DNA of 63,467 bases, counting the filler, from Octopus bimaculoides (taxonomy: Eukaryota), in the NCBI RefSeq assembly GCF_001194135.2. It is 5 parts of 4 records of this genome, joined end to end, with 100 filler letters (N's around TTAATTAATTAA, not from the genome) between each part and the next. Parts side by side here need not be neighbours in the genome. Positions count along the whole stretch, not along the records: positions 19,899 to 36,586 come from NC_068991.1; 4 more parts are not named here. One strand, 5' to 3'. Shown here piece by piece: positions 22,136 through 34,490 of the stretch. How positions within the stretch are numbered: position 1 is the first letter of the stretch; each line of letters opens with the position of its first letter. The position numbers and the translations under genes are program-made. The notes beneath the pieces were generated by a model. It did no database searches and was not told where the DNA came from. It worked only from the letters and a program-made list of their open reading frames with translations.

Positions 22136-23599
22136 AATTAATTATTATTATTATTATTATTATTATTTATTCTTTTTACCACAGGTTTTGTTGCAACTCC
22201 TGGATTCTTGCATGCGTAGCGAGCTTGCTGACTGTACCAAGGAGGCAAACCTTTTGTAACAGTTCTACTGGAGGACTTATCAAATTTATTCCATTTTTTA
22301 CTCCACGTGAAAAAATTTAGAATTTTGCTTAGTGGCAGCAACAAATAGTTTCGCGGGAATTTCAGTGGTCGATGAGAGAGGGGGAGAGACAGAGGAATGT
22401 CATGCTAGAAGAATGAGAGAGGATGACAGTTCTTAGCCTGTTGGCGTGAACTACTAGATAAGCAAGCAGGCAAAACAGGATGACCATCCCAATCACAAAC
22501 AACAACAGCTCCGACATCGCCGCCATCATCACCTCTACCACTACCGCTGCGAACAACAACAACAACAACAGTAAAGCTTTGACGGGAGAGACAAATAAAT
22601 AGTACAGCTACGATATAAATGATTTGCTCTCGTTAGCAAGTAGCTTGGCTACTTAGGTCAACAATATCCTCAATAGGTCAACGTATATCCACAATATCCT
22701 CATAGGTCAACATCACCGCAAACAACAGCGTCGCTATGGCTCTGACCAACACCAACAATGACAAGAACAACACCGGCAGCAAAAACGATATAATTAACAC
22801 TAACAATAACAGTAACGATAAAAACAACTCCTTTGCAGGAGTAACAACATTGCAGGAGCAAATTTCCCTGAAAGGAAAATATGCATATCTGAGTGAAGCA
22901 GAAAATCTGTTCAGTAGAGGGGATAGGAAAACCAAGTTTGCTATCCCTTCAGATTTGATGGAGAAGACGGCCAGAAGGACCATCATATACATATGTGTGT
23001 CGCTAAAGACGAGGAAAATTATCAATGCGTCACACTTCCAAGTAGAAAATGCTTGAAGGGCATTTGAACTGATATCTATTTCCTCACACGAGGAAGACAA
23101 TATGGTTCTGTGGAAGTAACGTTCCTCGCCAGTGGCGGCTCGTGTATAGGAGCTGCGGAACTGCAGCACGCCTTATTTCCACTCGGTGTTATCGATAACA
23201 TTCAATATAATGAGTCCATTTTTCTTTAATTCTTTCCTTATTCTTGTACATTATATAATCCTTAAGCTTAATGTCAGTAGCCATCCCTTAGTTTATGAAA
23301 AAAATACAAAAATCCTTGTATAGAACTGTGCACTTCACAGTTCCAGCGACGTGGTGTTTGGTTGTTGTGCGCATGCTCACATGTCCGAGATAAGAAGCTT
23401 CCCATTAGGGGAGAGAGAGAGAGAGAGGTAATGTTTCTTTTTGACTCCGCGTGTGTTATTCTTAAAAACGTGTTTATATTCTTGAATGTGATGAAGTGTC
23501 GAATTAGATTATTATCCTGCTTCCAGCTTCAGTGTTGCTGTCAGGATTTGAAAAATAGGGCACATCCCCCAACTATTTTGTGATTTAGGGATATTTTTG

Positions 23600-25230
23600 A
23601 AAAACAAGGGGGAATTCGCGGCGATGTTCATTGAACAAATTAAACACACTGCCTGGCAGTGGCTAAAACGCGAACCGATCAAGTTTATGTATAAATTTTC
23701 TTTTTACACAATATTAAAATAACGGCTAAAAATTTTCTGAAGCAACATCCCCACTAATTTTATATACAAGCCACCGCTGTTCCTCACAGAGGCACTGACC
23801 CCAAAACACTCAATGGTCCAGTGCAAACACGTGGATCTTCTTTCCACGTACTTTGGACGGAGGGTGTTGAAAGTTAAAATATCAGATGTGCCACCAGAAT
23901 TAGACATTTGGTGGTTGGTTGCGTGCGCTTTGGTTGAAGGCCCGGATTCGCTTCGAGAAATTAAAAAATATCGGAAGGAGAACTGGTCCGGAATCGGATT
24001 AGAGATTTTGATCCAAGTAAAACCGGAACCCCTGGACAAAGTCCCCGACCTTATTGAGCTGCCCAAACGGAGCACAACTCCAAGTCGTGGTGGAAGGCAG
24101 AAAGCCCACTTGAAGGTCGGCTGCCCACAAAATCAGTAAAATGGAGCTCGAGAAACGGCGGCTCTGCTACCACCACCACCACCACCACCACCACCACAAG
24201 AAGGCCAAAATCTGCAGCAACAGACATTAAAGCAACATTTTCAACAGTAGAATCTCACCACCACAATGGCATCAACAACTGTAGCGGTGGAAACAAGCAA
24301 CGCCTAACCATCCCTATAGGCGAGCGATATAGATATACCATATACTCCCGACACGAGCGATTCGGAAGCCTTGTCATGCGACGAGGAAGGAACTGAATCC
24401 CCCAAGAAGAACTTGTATTAGGGAAAAGCGAAAGAATAGTTCCAAAAAAGGCCGTCCTAGGTTGAAAGTGAAAAGACAGGATGAGGAAAATTCATCTAAT
24501 CCATCAGCTACACTAACGACACCGACGCACCCACCTAAATCTCAAGAACAAAAGCAATGCACACTCATTCAACCACGACCACAACTACAAAAAGCACCAA
24601 AACAGAACCAAATACACGAAAAGAAACAACAATCACAAGAATAATTCAAACAAGTGACTACAGAACCCAAACGCGATTAAAAAGGGCATTGCGATCGATG
24701 TGTTAGCGGCGAGAATCACATTTGATCATTTCTTCAAAGCGAAATACAAAGGCTACGTTGTTAGAGCTTAAGGCCTGTGCACTCAAACAGGAAGAAATTA
24801 AAGCTGTCCTATGGGCTCGAACGGTGGAGACGCTACGCGGAAACAAAACCACGATCAGGTCTTTGACGGAACGGGATGGGCGCGTGCTACGCGACTCCGA
24901 GCAGATGTGTGCAGCTTTTCAGCAGCACTTTGCGCGGCTGTCGAGCAGACAAGGCAGTTTTCGTTTGCCTGGTGAGTGTAGCGAAAGAGGCTATTTGATG
25001 GACAAGGCTGAAAAGCATGAGAACAGATACATTCCTCTTTGTAGAGCTCTCATTGACTTTTACAAGTTTCACTTGAAAAGGAAATTGAGAGTGGAGAGGG
25101 AAGTGCTGTTCCTGTATCAGGAGGGCCACATCTCTATCATCGTCCGCCCTTGTTACGTTCTTGTTACATTTTTTGTTTTCTTTTTTATATATACATATAG
25201 CGGCATATGTACACTTTTGGTCTCTTATAT
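23600..25230 (+). mobile_element. L1/Tx1-like LINE remnant: ORF1 part, low-complexity linker and a collapsed ORF2
   Basis: ORF 23813-24139 (YFGRRVLKVKISDVPPELDIWWLVAC...HLKVGCPQ, degenerate knuckle); IRSLTERDGRVLRDSEQMCAAFQQHFARL post-endonuclease motif; LIDFYKFHLKRKLRVERE C-terminal motif. Clade is assigned by resemblance only. Confidence 0.6.
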
Positions 25231-25232
25231 GT

Positions 25233-25267
<35 letters not shown>

Positions 25268-25784
25268 AATGTATGTATATAAATTCTGTACGACTCTCTT
25301 ATTCTTTCTTTCAGCCCCTTCACACTTACTTCGTTCTTTCCACTTTTCTTTTTCTTGCTCCCCTTCTCTCACATTTCTTGGCCTTCCCTTCATTCTCACC
25401 TTCCTTCCTCTTTTTCCTCACTCTGTCCCTTTTCTTTTTTTCTTTCTTTCTCGTCCCTCCCTAATTCTTCTATCCCTCTGCCCCTTCCTCCCTCCTCTCT
25501 TTCCACGTGACCGGTGTTCCGCCAAGTCTGACCTTTCTATCTTGCTTCGACTACCATCTGTGCAATATCTATATTCCTTCCCATGACTTTCATCTCTTAT
25601 GTCCCTGACGTAAGGCTTCACTTCAACATACGCCAGCTTAATTTAATTCGTTCTTAGTCGAATGACATCTGTTGTTAATGACCTGTTGTTTGTATTTGCA
25701 TTTGTGTACCATTTATCCATTTTTTTTTTCCACCCCTGTTTTCGTATACATTTGCTTGCTTTCTTCCAAGGAATCTAATGCTCT

Positions 25785-25995
25785 TAACTTAGATTTTCTT
25801 GGGGCCGGCCAGATTGGAGTAGTCTCGAGTGTAACCGGCCGAAACTGCTGAGAAAGTCTGGAACTCGACTGAAGATAGAAACCTCCGAATGACCTGTCCT
25901 TGTTTTTTCCTGTCCTTTTTTGTATTGTCTAACTGTCCGGATGATTTGTTGTCGCCTGTTACGTTCTTGTTCCATTTTTTGTTTTTGGTTTATAT
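25785..25995 (+). mobile_element. Second 3'UTR-like fragment related to the L1/Tx1-like element
   Basis: TGTTACGTTCTTGTTnCATTTTTTG shared with 25150-25180. Confidence 0.45.
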
Positions 25996-26007
25996 ATATA
26001 TAAAATA

Positions 26008-26787
26008 GAGTCGGAGTGAGAGGTGAAGGTAGAGGAAATAAATGGCAAAGGGAGCGTCATATGAATGAGAAAAGAAGGGTGATAGATGAATAATGAAGGA
26101 AGGTGTGAAAACGCTGATAAACGGCGCTTGAAGTGTGAATATATGTGTGTGTAAAAGAGAGGTATGTTTGCGTCGGCACGCGCGCGTGTGTACAATGGAA
26201 ATGGGATAGTAATGTTCAACGCTGAAAATGTGTGAGTATGTGTGTGTGTGTACAAGAGAACTATGTGCAACTTTACATATTCGTGTAAAGTAAAAAAAAG
26301 TTGGAAAAATAATCCAGAATCCTTGTCCGATACCGGATCCATTCCAAAATCTAAGCAGTTCGTGCCAGTTACGAGGTCAAACATCCCTGAAAGTTTCATT
26401 CGAATCCATCCTGCGGTCCTTGAGATATCTTGTCAACAGACAAACAAACAAATAAGCAAACACGACTGGAAAACAATACCTCCGCCTTCGCGAAGGCGGA
26501 GATATTGTTTTTCAGTCGTGTTTGTTTGTTTGTCCGTGGACAAGATATCTCAAGAACCGCTGGATGGATTCGGGTGAAAGATTCAGGGATGTTTGGTCTT
26601 GTGACTAGCACGGTTTCATTAGATTTTGGGATCGATCTGGTTACAGACAAGAATTCTGGATTATTTTCCCGATTTTTCTTTACTTTATATGTATATGTTA
26701 AGTTTCACATAGTTGTACACACAAACACACATATCCTCACACGTTTTCAGCGTTGAACATTACCATCCCATTTCCATTGTGCACACA

Positions 26788-26883
<96 letters not shown>

Positions 26884-27030
26884 TTACACTTCAAACACGC
26901 CGCTTATCTGCTTTTTTCGCTGCTTCCTTCGTTATTCATCCATCACCCCTTCCTTTCTCATTCATACGACGCTCTCTTTACCACTTCGTTTCATCTTTCT
27001 CATTGTCATTACTTTCTCTCACTCCGTCTC
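26008..27030. mobile_element. Palindromic dimer of a ~500-bp Helentron/DINE-1-like non-autonomous element sharing one central hairpin
   Basis: Arms 26008-26490 and 26491-27030 are reverse-complement homologues; centre AAACAATACCTCCGCCTTCG|CGAAGGCGGAGATATTGTTT; internal (CAAA)n and (CA)n tracts. Palindrome is certain, family name is by resemblance. Confidence 0.65.
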
Positions 27031-27971
27031 AGTCATGGCTATTACTCTCACTACTTCTCCTTCACTGTATTAGTATTTCATTTCCTCTCCTTTCACCTCT
27101 CATTCAATCGCCTAATATAATAAGGAGCGTAGTGTTTTCATATATTTGCATATATGCAAAATAGAATAAAAGCATAAACAAACAACTGATATCAGGCTTG
27201 GTTATCACATTTATATATTTAAACGTAAGGGTAGAGTTGCTGTAAGAGTATATATGTTAAGGAAAAGCGAATTAAGAGAGTGTGTAGATCATCTCTTACA
27301 GCTGTTTCAAGAAAAGATGCGCAGATAGTATACTTCCCTGAAAATGAATGGTAACTATCCATATAGTAGCGATCCATTTCATCATCAGAGTGAGAATGAG
27401 ATAGATTTTTAGTACACAGCTTTGGTAGCGATCAATTCCATTGTAGTAGACTCGAATCCGAATCATCACAGTTGCGAACTTCGAACCATGACTCTTTCAC
27501 GTGTATGGTCGAATTATCAGCCAATAAGCGGTTGTTGTTCACGCGATAACTTCTCCAAACTGTTCCAGAAGGTTCCATGACTATGTTGGCAGATGTGAAA
27601 GATCAAAATTGGTGCCAGAAACATCTGTCGCAAAACAGACTGGAGGCAGACAAGAGGCAGACCAAGAAACAAAAACGAACGCTAGGGTGGGAATTTCACC
27701 TGAGTCTCATTGGAAGTTGTACTTCCTTCAAGAGAGAATTTCCAATGTAGTCAGTCAATTTTTACATCAGATGTTTGTGTCTTACAAGAAGAGCAAAGTA
27801 GTGTAGTAATCAGAGAATGGCAGAGTCAGTTTATGGAGTCGACTTGAGATCAAAAGTGAAGCTGAGAAAGTATCGCTGGTTCCCCACTCATCACCCACGG
27901 TTTCTGTAAGATGTTCATAAAGGTGAGTATTTATTTTATAAAGACATGACTTGAGCTTGGAAAACTCAGCA

Positions 27972-28481
27972 TCTATATTAATAAAGGCGAAATTCTGTCT
28001 GTCCGTCCAAGACCCTTGTATCTCAGTCTACATTTGCTCTACATAGACATATTATACGTTTTTGGAATCAGGATGATCCCGGGATTTAGAATATGCCCTT
28101 CATTTGGTTCTTGAACATACAGCATTGGGATCTGATTTAAAAGCATCTGGGTTACTATTTCTAGCAAATAAAGCCTGGCTGATTCACGCCATCTTGGTTG
28201 GCGTTTGTCAGATGACGTCAGAGATCAAGGGGGAGATAAATGAAATTCGCTTCTTTAATTTTACATCGAGATAAGAACTTTGGAACAAACTGGCCAACAG
28301 TTGGAATTCTACTTGAAACTGGAACAATAGAATGATTGCATTAAAGAATTAATTTTCGTCATCCTTAACTTCTGATCAAATACCACCGGGGCATAAAGTC
28401 ATTATAGACGTATTATAGTCATACTATTTAGCTCTTTTTTGTTTTGGGCCGCAGGCCTAATTAGCCTTCCGCAGGAGCTAG
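27972..28481 (+). mobile_element. Non-autonomous Helitron-like element
   Basis: 5' A|TCTATATTAATAAAGG..TCTGTCTGTC; 3' hairpins TTGGGCC-GCA-GGCCTAA and TCC-GCA-GGA just before terminal CTAG. Confidence 0.6.
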
Positions 28482-28516
28482 CTTAAAAGTTGGCACCGAG
28501 TGCAGCTTTTAAGCTA

Positions 28517-28752
28517 CAGGGTGTTCAAAAAGTCTCTCCGCAGTAAGTATTCTATTGCAAAATAAATATTGTATATGACTACAAAAGAATATATTAGACT
28601 TTATAAGACTTTAAAAAAATTTATAAGAAGTGTTGAAAGTGTCATCCTTCATTTTCAATACATAAAATTTAATTTCTTTTTTATTACCGTGTGAACACTT
28701 CCTGGGTTGATTTCCGTTTCCTGTGACAATTTGCGTAAGGACTTTGATGGGC
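28517..28752 (-). mobile_element. Internally deleted Tc1/mariner-superfamily fragment with one TIR
   Basis: TA|CAGGGTGTTCAAAAAGTC end; minus-strand PSKSLRKLSQETEINPGSVHT helix-turn-helix peptide. Confidence 0.55.
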
Positions 28753-28764
28753 TTGTCAACAGTT

Positions 28765-29325
28765 TATCAGACGTTTCCTAAATGGCAGAAAAAATGTAGA
28801 TATTGACGAACGTTCTGGGAGACCCGCAACCAGCAGAACTGAGAAAAATATCATAGATGTGTGTGCAGCTGTGAGGGGAAATCGTCGAATTACCATCCGT
28901 GAGTTATCAGAGGATCTGCAGATTAGTTCAGTCCATTATCACAGAAGATTTGGGTATGAGACGCGTTTGCCAAGTTTGTGCCAAAACTGCTTTCAGCTGA
29001 CCAAAACAACACACTGGTTTCAGTTGAACAAAATCTCCTTGATTGCGTCGAAAACGATGAAAACTTTGCGTAGGCCTTTGAGCAGGTATCACCAAGCTTT
29101 TGGCAAAATTTGATGCTGATTCTCTGATCAACTTTATTTGTCATGGTCAATGCAACGACCACACGCTACACACCTTCCTTCCAAGCACTGCTGTAAACAG
29201 CGAAAGGGAGCTGGAATGTTAAGACTTATTGGGCATGCACAGCAGAGTTCAAGGTCAATCTGTGCCATGTGGCTTCACTCTGTGTGCTTTAGTTTCGTTA
29301 CTATACTTATTGATCAGACCACATA
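28765..29325. mobile_element. Rearranged mariner: HTH/linker on plus strand, 5' TIR and N-terminus on minus strand
   Basis: Plus: DERSGRPATSRTEKNI..VRGNRRITIRELSEDLQIS..LGMRRV..FVPKLL. Minus: TATGTGGTCTGATCAATAAGT end and QRISIKFCQKLGDTCSKAY. Confidence 0.8.
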
Positions 29326-29413
29326 TTTGGCACCAATAAAAAGTTATCTGAGAACACGGTGAACCGTGAAAGACTAAGTGCCCTGAACCTCCTGGATAGA
29401 GAAAGGAGAGAAG

Positions 29414-29482
<69 letters not shown>

Positions 29483-30631
29483 GGTGGGAGGAAGCCATGT
29501 TCTAAATATGAAATGGTTTGAGGAGGTGAATAAGATTTGTAAGAGCAATGGTATTCGTTGTAGTCGAGGGTCACCAATTGTACTGGTTATTGTTAAGGTG
29601 TTGGTTGCCAGTGTAACAGTTTGTATTATGATACATGTTGGAGTCGGCAGTTGCCAATTGTAATGAGTGTTGTTATTGCAGATGTGCAAGATGAAAGAAG
29701 AACAGTTATCTTTGTATAATGTCATGCCTCAACAGGCAGGTGTGATATAACTGAAAGAGAATGCGAGGTTAAGAAAGTTGATTTCGGCCTGTATGTATGT
29801 ACACATTCTTATTGTAGTAGTAAACCATAGATAGTGATAGCATGATGTTGTAAGGGAAAAGAAACTGAGCTAGTGAAAGTTATAGTTGAGGGACGTTGTG
29901 TCACATAGTTGGCTGATTGTAACCTTCTTACTCCCTCTAACAGTTTGTCTTTTGTAGCTGCCTGCTTGTGGCCATGATTGTAGTCGTCTTGGTTCACTAA
30001 CTGTTGCTCTCACTAACCGATTTTTCCTTCCCAAATACTAGTTTTTATAACCTTGCAAAACCAGTCAGAAAGAGAGACATATTGTTGAGAATAATAGATT
30101 TCGTTGGTGGTACCTGTTATCTCTATTTTAAGTTCTCATGGCCTAGAAGAGGTTAGAAGGGTCCAGTGGCAAAGACATTATTCTGCTTAAAAAAGGCATC
30201 TGGTAACTGTAACTGCTGTCACTCACAGAAAAACTATTGTTTTACATTGAGAAAAGTGCTGGTGAACTGTTAAGTGAAATTTGCTGATCGAGGATCGAAT
30301 CCATACCATATCTTCATGAAGCCACTACAGTTTTTTTCCAATGCTAAAAGCAGAAAGAAACCCCTCTTCCCCCCATCAAAAAATAAAGATATTGTATAAT
30401 GCATGTAGTTACAAGTGGGTAAAACTCACAGGATTTGGATAAACTTTTGTCTGCATTAATCGGTGCATTTAACCTTTGTGTGTATAACTGTTTTTGTATT
30501 TAATGTGTATGTATAACATTTAACATTAATATTTTTAACATTTATATATTCTGTATATTCATATTTAACATTTATATATTTGAGTTTATGCAGAACTAGT
30601 CAGTTTTTTACATTTAATATTTGTATGTGTA

Positions 30632-31095
30632 AAGGCAATGAGCTGGCAGAATCGTCGGCATGCCGGACAAAATGCTTAGCGTAAAGAAGGCATTACGTCC
30701 TTCTTTACGTTCTGTGTTCAAATTCCACCAAGGCCAACTTTGCCTTTCATCCTTTCAGGATCGCTGAAATAAATACCAGTCAAACCCTGGGGTCGATCTA
30801 ATCAATCTATCCCTCCTCCACTGAAAATGCTGGCCTTGTGTCAAAACTTGAAAGCATTGTATGTATAAAGGGGGCGAGTTGGCAGAATCATTAGCACACC
30901 GAGCAAAATGCTTAGCAGTATCTCATCCAACTTACTTTACGTTCTGAGTTCAAATTCCACTGAGGTCAACTTTGCTTTTCATCTTTTTGGGGTCGATAAC
31001 CATAAGTACCAGTTGAGAACTGGGGGTCAGCGTAATCGACTTACTCCCTCCCACCAAACTTTCTAAACTTGTGCCAAGATTTGAAACCAATTTTT
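30632..31095 (+). mobile_element. Two tandem full-length SINE family S1 copies
   Basis: Each has A-box TGGCAGAATCrTyrG, B-box GTTCAAATTCC, core and CCTTGTGyCAArAyTTGAAA end. Confidence 0.88.
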
Positions 31096-32139
31096 ATATG
31101 TATAACCCGTCACAAACCAGTTACATACAATAAACAGACTTTGATATGCAAATTTGGTGATTTTCAGAGTATCTTAATTTCTGCATGGAGAAGTCTAGCA
31201 ATCCTGTCAAGTCATCCTCAAACCTCCAAAATCTAAATCCGGCTTCGCATTATCTGTGCATTTCAATATCCTCAACATCCTGTATGTTATTTCCAACAAT
31301 AAGTCTTATTGTATTACTATTTAGTATTAGTTTTCACAACTTGTCAGAAGTGAGTCACTTCTGGTTTGTATCTGGGATTGGGGGTTGTTTTGTTTTGAGC
31401 AAAATGGGTGGTGTCTTTTGTGTCTATCTATATCTCAGAAAACCTGCTGTCTACCCTGAATGTTCTCCTTCTATGGACATTTCAATGTTACTGTGAACGT
31501 GACTTTGTACCAGTGTGACCAATTTTCTGCTGCTTCTAGAATAATGGGCCTACGAAGTTTTTGTAAGATGATTTTAAAATATCTAGTTGTTTTCCTTACG
31601 TTAACCTGAGACATATAATCACGTATAGATAATTGTATATCAATGGGTAAAAGTATTTCAGCATATCCAACATTTTTTCCTTATTTGGTATTTTTCACAC
31701 GTGTGTGACAGTCATAATAAACATGTTGAATTTTTGTAATCAAGCTTTGTTACAAGAAAGTTGTGTATCAGGGTGTTAAATATCAGTAAAACCTTGTTTA
31801 GATAATTTTTGTATTTAGGTTTGTCCTATTTTTGTATTTTTCTTATTTTGTAGTCTACCACAGTGATTCCCAATGTGGTCCCTGGGGCCCACCGGTGGTC
31901 CTCAGAGAATTTCTAGCGGTCCCCAGAGAATTTCTAGCGGTCCCCAGAGAATTCGTAGCCATAAAAAAATTGATGCCTTTTCAGATCTAAACAATATTGT
32001 TTGATAATAAAGACACTGTTAGTTAATAATAAGTAATATGAAGACAGAATAATAAGAAAATAAAATTTAATAATTATTCCATAAGAATGAATAATGTATA
32101 ATATATAATCAATAATATATTACAATCATGAATTACATA

Positions 32140-32536
32140 GGCGAAGGAGTGGCTGTGTGGTAAGTAGCTTGCTTACTAACCACATGGTTCCGGGTTCAGT
32201 CCCACTACGTGGCACCTTGGGCAAGTGTCTTCTACTATAGCCTCAGGCCGACCAAAGGCTTGTGAGTGGATTTGATAGACGGAAACTGAAAGAAGCCCGT
32301 CGTATATATGTATATATGTATGTGTGTGTATATGTTTGTGTGTCTGTATTTGTCCCCCCAACTTCGCTTGACAACCGTTGCTGGTGTGTTTACGTCCCCG
32401 TAACTTAGCAGTTCGGCAAAAAGAGATCGATAGAATAAGTACTAGGCTTACAAAGAATAAGTCCTTGGGTCGATCTGCTCGACTAAAGGCGGTGCTCCAG
32501 CATGGCCGCAGTCAAATGACTGAAACAAGTAAAAGG
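32140..32536 (+). mobile_element. Full-length tRNA-derived SINE family S2 with internal (TA/TG)n slot
   Basis: GGCTGTGTGGTAAG A-box, GGTTCAGTCCC B-box; TSD TTACATA at 32133-32139 and 32537-32543. Confidence 0.9.
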
Positions 32537-32693
32537 TTACATAATTTAAATTTTACAATCACAACAGTTTCATAATAAATTTGATATTTTTAATAGATCA
32601 CTACACAATATTATTTAATAATAAATTTGATACTTTTAATTAATAGAAATAAAGTATTTATTATTTTTATTTTTTTAAAGATCAGTTGTAATA

Positions 32694-34490
32694 ATGTCTG
32701 AACCAACTGCTAAAAAGGCAAAACTGAGGAACTACAAAGAAGATTTTATCATGTTTGGTTTTCTATCCGTAGACTCAAAACCTATGTCTTGAATGTGATG
32801 CCATCATGACAAATCATTTCATGAAGAAAGTTAAGCTGGAACAGCACCAGAAATTAAGGCATCCATCATCTGTTGGTAAAGGTAGGGAATATTTTGAGAA
32901 TAAAAAGAAAATACAGCCAATCAAACTACCCGACTTTGTAAAAAAGATAAATACTGAAAAAGCAAAGACACTCAAGTTATTTGGTCTCTGAAATTATTGC
33001 CAAGGTTACAGCACCTTAGATTTATGGTGAGAAACTTGTCAAGCTTGGTATGATAGCTTGTGCAAATGAGGTTCTGGGAAAAGATGCTGCATCTACTCTG
33101 AGTACAATTTCACTTTCAAATAACACAATTACAAGAAGACAGGATGAAATGTCTAATTTTGTTGAGGAGAAGATTGTGGAAATTCTCCAAGAGACAAATT
33201 TTTCTATCCAGGTTGATGATAGCACAATCCATAGCTAAGCTATCCTTCTGTTGTATGTCAGATTCATCCATGAAGATGATATAAAGGAAGAAATGTTATT
33301 CATTAAAAGTTTGTCTGAAACTACTAATGGAGAAGATATATTCAATGATGTAATGCAGCATTTTAATGATAAAATTAGTCAAATTCCATTGACTAATTTG
33401 ATCAACATTGCATCAGATGGAGCTCCAGTCATGACTGGAAGAGTGAAAGGCTTTGTTTCTAGAATGAAATCAGTTGCTCCTCACATTTTTTATATACATT
33501 GCATCATCTACAGACAGCATTTGGTCGCTAAGAATATTGGCAGACACATGGAAGAAGCACTCAACACTGCCATATACATGCAATTAACTTTGTCAAATCA
33601 AACTCAGTGAATAATAGATTTTTTTATGCAGTTCTATGAAGATGAAGATTTTATAACCCTATTGCTTCAAACAGAAGTAAGATGGTTGTCAAAAGGCCTG
33701 AGCCTTGAAAGACTGGTGAATTTGTGGGAACCATTAATCAACTTTCTCATGTTCAAGAGTCAGATGACTCATTACAACTCCAAGAAGCAAGCTGATACAG
33801 CTAAGAAAATTTTGGACTTTCTGATTTTAAATCAAAAATATTCTACTTGAGTGATATTTTAAAAACAGTGAATCTGCTTAACTTAGAGCTGCAAGGTATC
33901 AGATTTGGTCACCTATTCTCAGAAGATAAAAGGGTATATGGGGAAATTAAAATTTTGGAAAAAACAGTTTGGAAAAAAAAAAAAAATTAGGCATCATTTC
34001 AAAATTTTAACACCATTGTTCCTACATCAGAATGTATTGCTGCATGTATTACCCATCTTGAAGGTCTTCATGTAAACTTTGAGAGAAGATACAATGATTT
34101 ATTAAAGATGGATTATCCACTCTGGTTTGTAAACCTAGAAAATTATGAGCCAGGAAATGAAAATTTTGAGTTAGCTGAAATGTTGCTGGATTTGAAAGAG
34201 AATATGAAACTGAGAAGAAGAGTTGAAAAAGAAGGTGTTTTTGCCTACATATCGATAAAGGAATCGCACCCAAATATTTTTCGACATGTAGAAGCAAGCA
34301 TCATTTCTTTCTCTATCACATGGATGGTGGAATCTTCATTTTCAGCTGTTGTAGATATTTTATGTAGAAAAAGAAATAAATTAGATGTCAACAGCAGAGG
34401 AACTATCAGACTAAGACTAAATGAGTTCATTAAAATTGATTATAATATCTTGTGTCAGAAACACCAATATCAAGCTAGTCACCAGCTGAA
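32694..34490 (+). pseudogene. hAT transposase pseudogene (BED finger, DDE core, dimerisation domain)
   Basis: RNYKEDFIMFGF..CLEC..H...HP; QVDDST; ASDGAPVMTG; HCIIYRQHL; EVRWLSKG; WMVESSFS; several stops and frameshifts. Confidence 0.9.

Noticed and set aside
27560-27700. RGRPR-containing LINE C-terminal remnant
   Set aside because: A five-residue motif alone is not sufficient evidence.
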